A stretch of 64,000 bases of DNA from Candidatus Bathyarchaeota archaeon (GTDB lineage Archaea > Thermoproteota > Bathyarchaeia > Bathyarchaeales > Bathycorpusculaceae). The stretch is taken from assembly GCA_963811105.1 (NCBI GenBank), contig CAWEPZ010000003.1:1-64000 (forward strand), read 5' to 3'. This document shows positions 62,739 through 64,000 of this stretch, in pieces (the first letter of the stretch is position 1; each line of letters opens with the position of its first letter). The position numbers and the translations under genes are program-made. A model generated the notes under the pieces. It saw only the letters and a program-made list of their open reading frames with translations. It was not told where the DNA came from and did no database searches.

Positions 62739-63893
62739 GTGAAAAGCAAAATCAGCAGCATTGGGTACGTTAACAAAATCCAAGAAAACATTTTAGCTAT
62801 TAAACGCCGAGAGCTCTCACCACTATTTGACGATTTAAAAGCAGCAGACTGCGTAATCTGCGGAGGATCAGGCCGTTCACTTTACTCAATGAACGCCGCT
62901 TTGAGCCAAATTGCGCTCAGCCAAGAGGGTTGGCGAAACAAGGTTGTTTTGACTCCTGATGACCCTGGGTTTCCGGGAAAAAGCATGTATGATGCAGCCG
63001 CTGACCTTGCTAGACGTTACAAAAAGACTTTGCTTCTAATTAATTCAGGCAGCGGATATTCAGATGACCCGTTGGTTATGTCCCAAGATTTAGCCAAGTA
63101 TATTGAGGAGAAGAAATCTAACAGGTTTTCTATGGGGCTTTTCACATCCACATTTGAGTCCCCGCTTGCAGAGGTTGTTAAGAAATATGGCCATATTGTT
63201 GAGCTTAAGGGACGCGGCAAACTAAAGCCAGTTACTGAATATAGCGAAACAGGTATGATGGGCGATATTTTTGAGCTTGGAACTTTAGAATTAATGAACA
63301 GCATGGTTGAAGCGGTGTTTCGGAATCTTGAAGTTGACGATGTCTTCCGTTTATGCGTGGAAGAATTTGAGAAAATCGGCGAAGTAATCGATAGTAACGT
63401 TAATTCTGAAACTTACACGGCTCTAGTGGATTTGCTGGAAAAGCGAACAAACGTTTTTCTTGGTGGAAAAGGCACCGCTAACGAAATTGCCAAAATGACA
63501 GGCGTAAGACTCTTCCACATTAAAAGTTTCCTCGGCGACAACGTATACATAACCCGTGGCGTGAATACCCCGCATCCAAGAGCTGGCGACCTAGAAATCT
63601 TGCTTTCATATTCAGGAGAGACAAGGCCTGTCATAATTTGGGCTGACGTCATCAAAAAATTCGCTGGCACGGTATTTGCCATTACAAGCAACGCAGAGTC
63701 CACCCTTGCAAAGAAAGCCGACCTAAAAATTATCTTGCCGGAAGAAGCAAAACCGCTCACACCAAGACGGTTCTACACCAGAGCAGCCTATGTGTTAAGC
63801 CCATTGCCGGTTAAGTTGGCGGAGAGGCTTGGGCAAAGAGGTTTGAACCTTCCTGAATACATCATTAGCTGGTACCACTCCGTTACACAATAA
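62739..63893 (+). CDS. Tandem SIS-domain protein (3-hexulose-6-phosphate isomerase-like)
   Basis: GGSGRS..NSGSG and GGKGT..SYSGET..AITSN duplicated SIS motifs. Confidence 0.8.
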   Translation: MKSKISSIGYVNKIQENILAIKRRELSPLFDDLKAADCVICGGSGRSLYSMNAALSQIALSQEGWRNKVVLTPDDPGFPGKSMYDAAADLARRYKKTLLLINSGSGYSDDPLVMSQDLAKYIEEKKSNRFSMGLFTSTFESPLAEVVKKYGHIVELKGRGKLKPVTEYSETGMMGDIFELGTLELMNSMVEAVFRNLEVDDVFRLCVEEFEKIGEVIDSNVNSETYTALVDLLEKRTNVFLGGKGTANEIAKMTGVRLFHIKSFLGDNVYITRGVNTPHPRAGDLEILLSYSGETRPVIIWADVIKKFAGTVFAITSNAESTLAKKADLKIILPEEAKPLTPRRFYTRAAYVLSPLPVKLAERLGQRGLNLPEYIISWYHSVTQ

Positions 63894-64000
63894 ATAACCT
63901 GCATTGCGAAAGTAGACCATTTCATACCCTACTTTTGTTTAAACTATTCTTTAAGCCAATACTGTAGGCTAAAGTTTCTTGCTGAATTTGGGCACCAATG

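Noticed and set aside
42675-63760. Many short ORFs antisense to housekeeping genes
   Set aside because: Shadow ORFs overlapping well-supported genes, with no motifs

Overview
The window is archaeal. The gene content and style (PQQ-propeller and PEF-CTERM-like surface proteins, AfpA, TrmB, split-type EndA subunit, aEF-2) suggest Bathyarchaeia; this is inference. Positions ~1-42,500 are an integrated tailed-virus (Caudoviricetes-like, siphovirus-type) provirus read on the minus strand, and it continues past the left edge of the window. From right to left it has: an early/regulatory block with many HTH/RHH proteins and a minimal PolX (37.5-42.4 kb); a head operon (portal, DUF2213-like protease, scaffold, cement, encapsulin-like HK97 MCP; 27-32.2 kb); a neck/tail operon (13.7-22.2 kb); and a probable packaging operon (1-1.3 kb). 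Each of the three late operons is preceded by the same 46-54 bp promoter/operator element with a compensatory inverted repeat. The gaps between operons are filled with AT-rich cargo: candidate defence genes (HEPN RxxxxH protein; wHTH + small protein + NDT/TIR-like operon behind a double palindromic operator), surface proteins and regulators. The tail-assembly chaperone has a lambda G/GT-type -1 slippery site (T TTT TTA). The right boundary coincides with a lone 26-nt 5' fragment of a tRNA-Asp/Glu-like gene. Viral core genes carry many single-base indels while cargo and host genes are nearly clean, which could be decay or a polishing artefact. Positions 42.6-64 kb are host housekeeping genes: AfpA, Isf/flavodoxin, an EF-2 with a divergent G2 motif, P-type ATPase, RsmB/Nip7, two tandem glnA, hisS, an EndA subunit, mtnA, an HTH-PRTase and a double-SIS protein. 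All family assignments come from motif recognition by eye; no searches were run.
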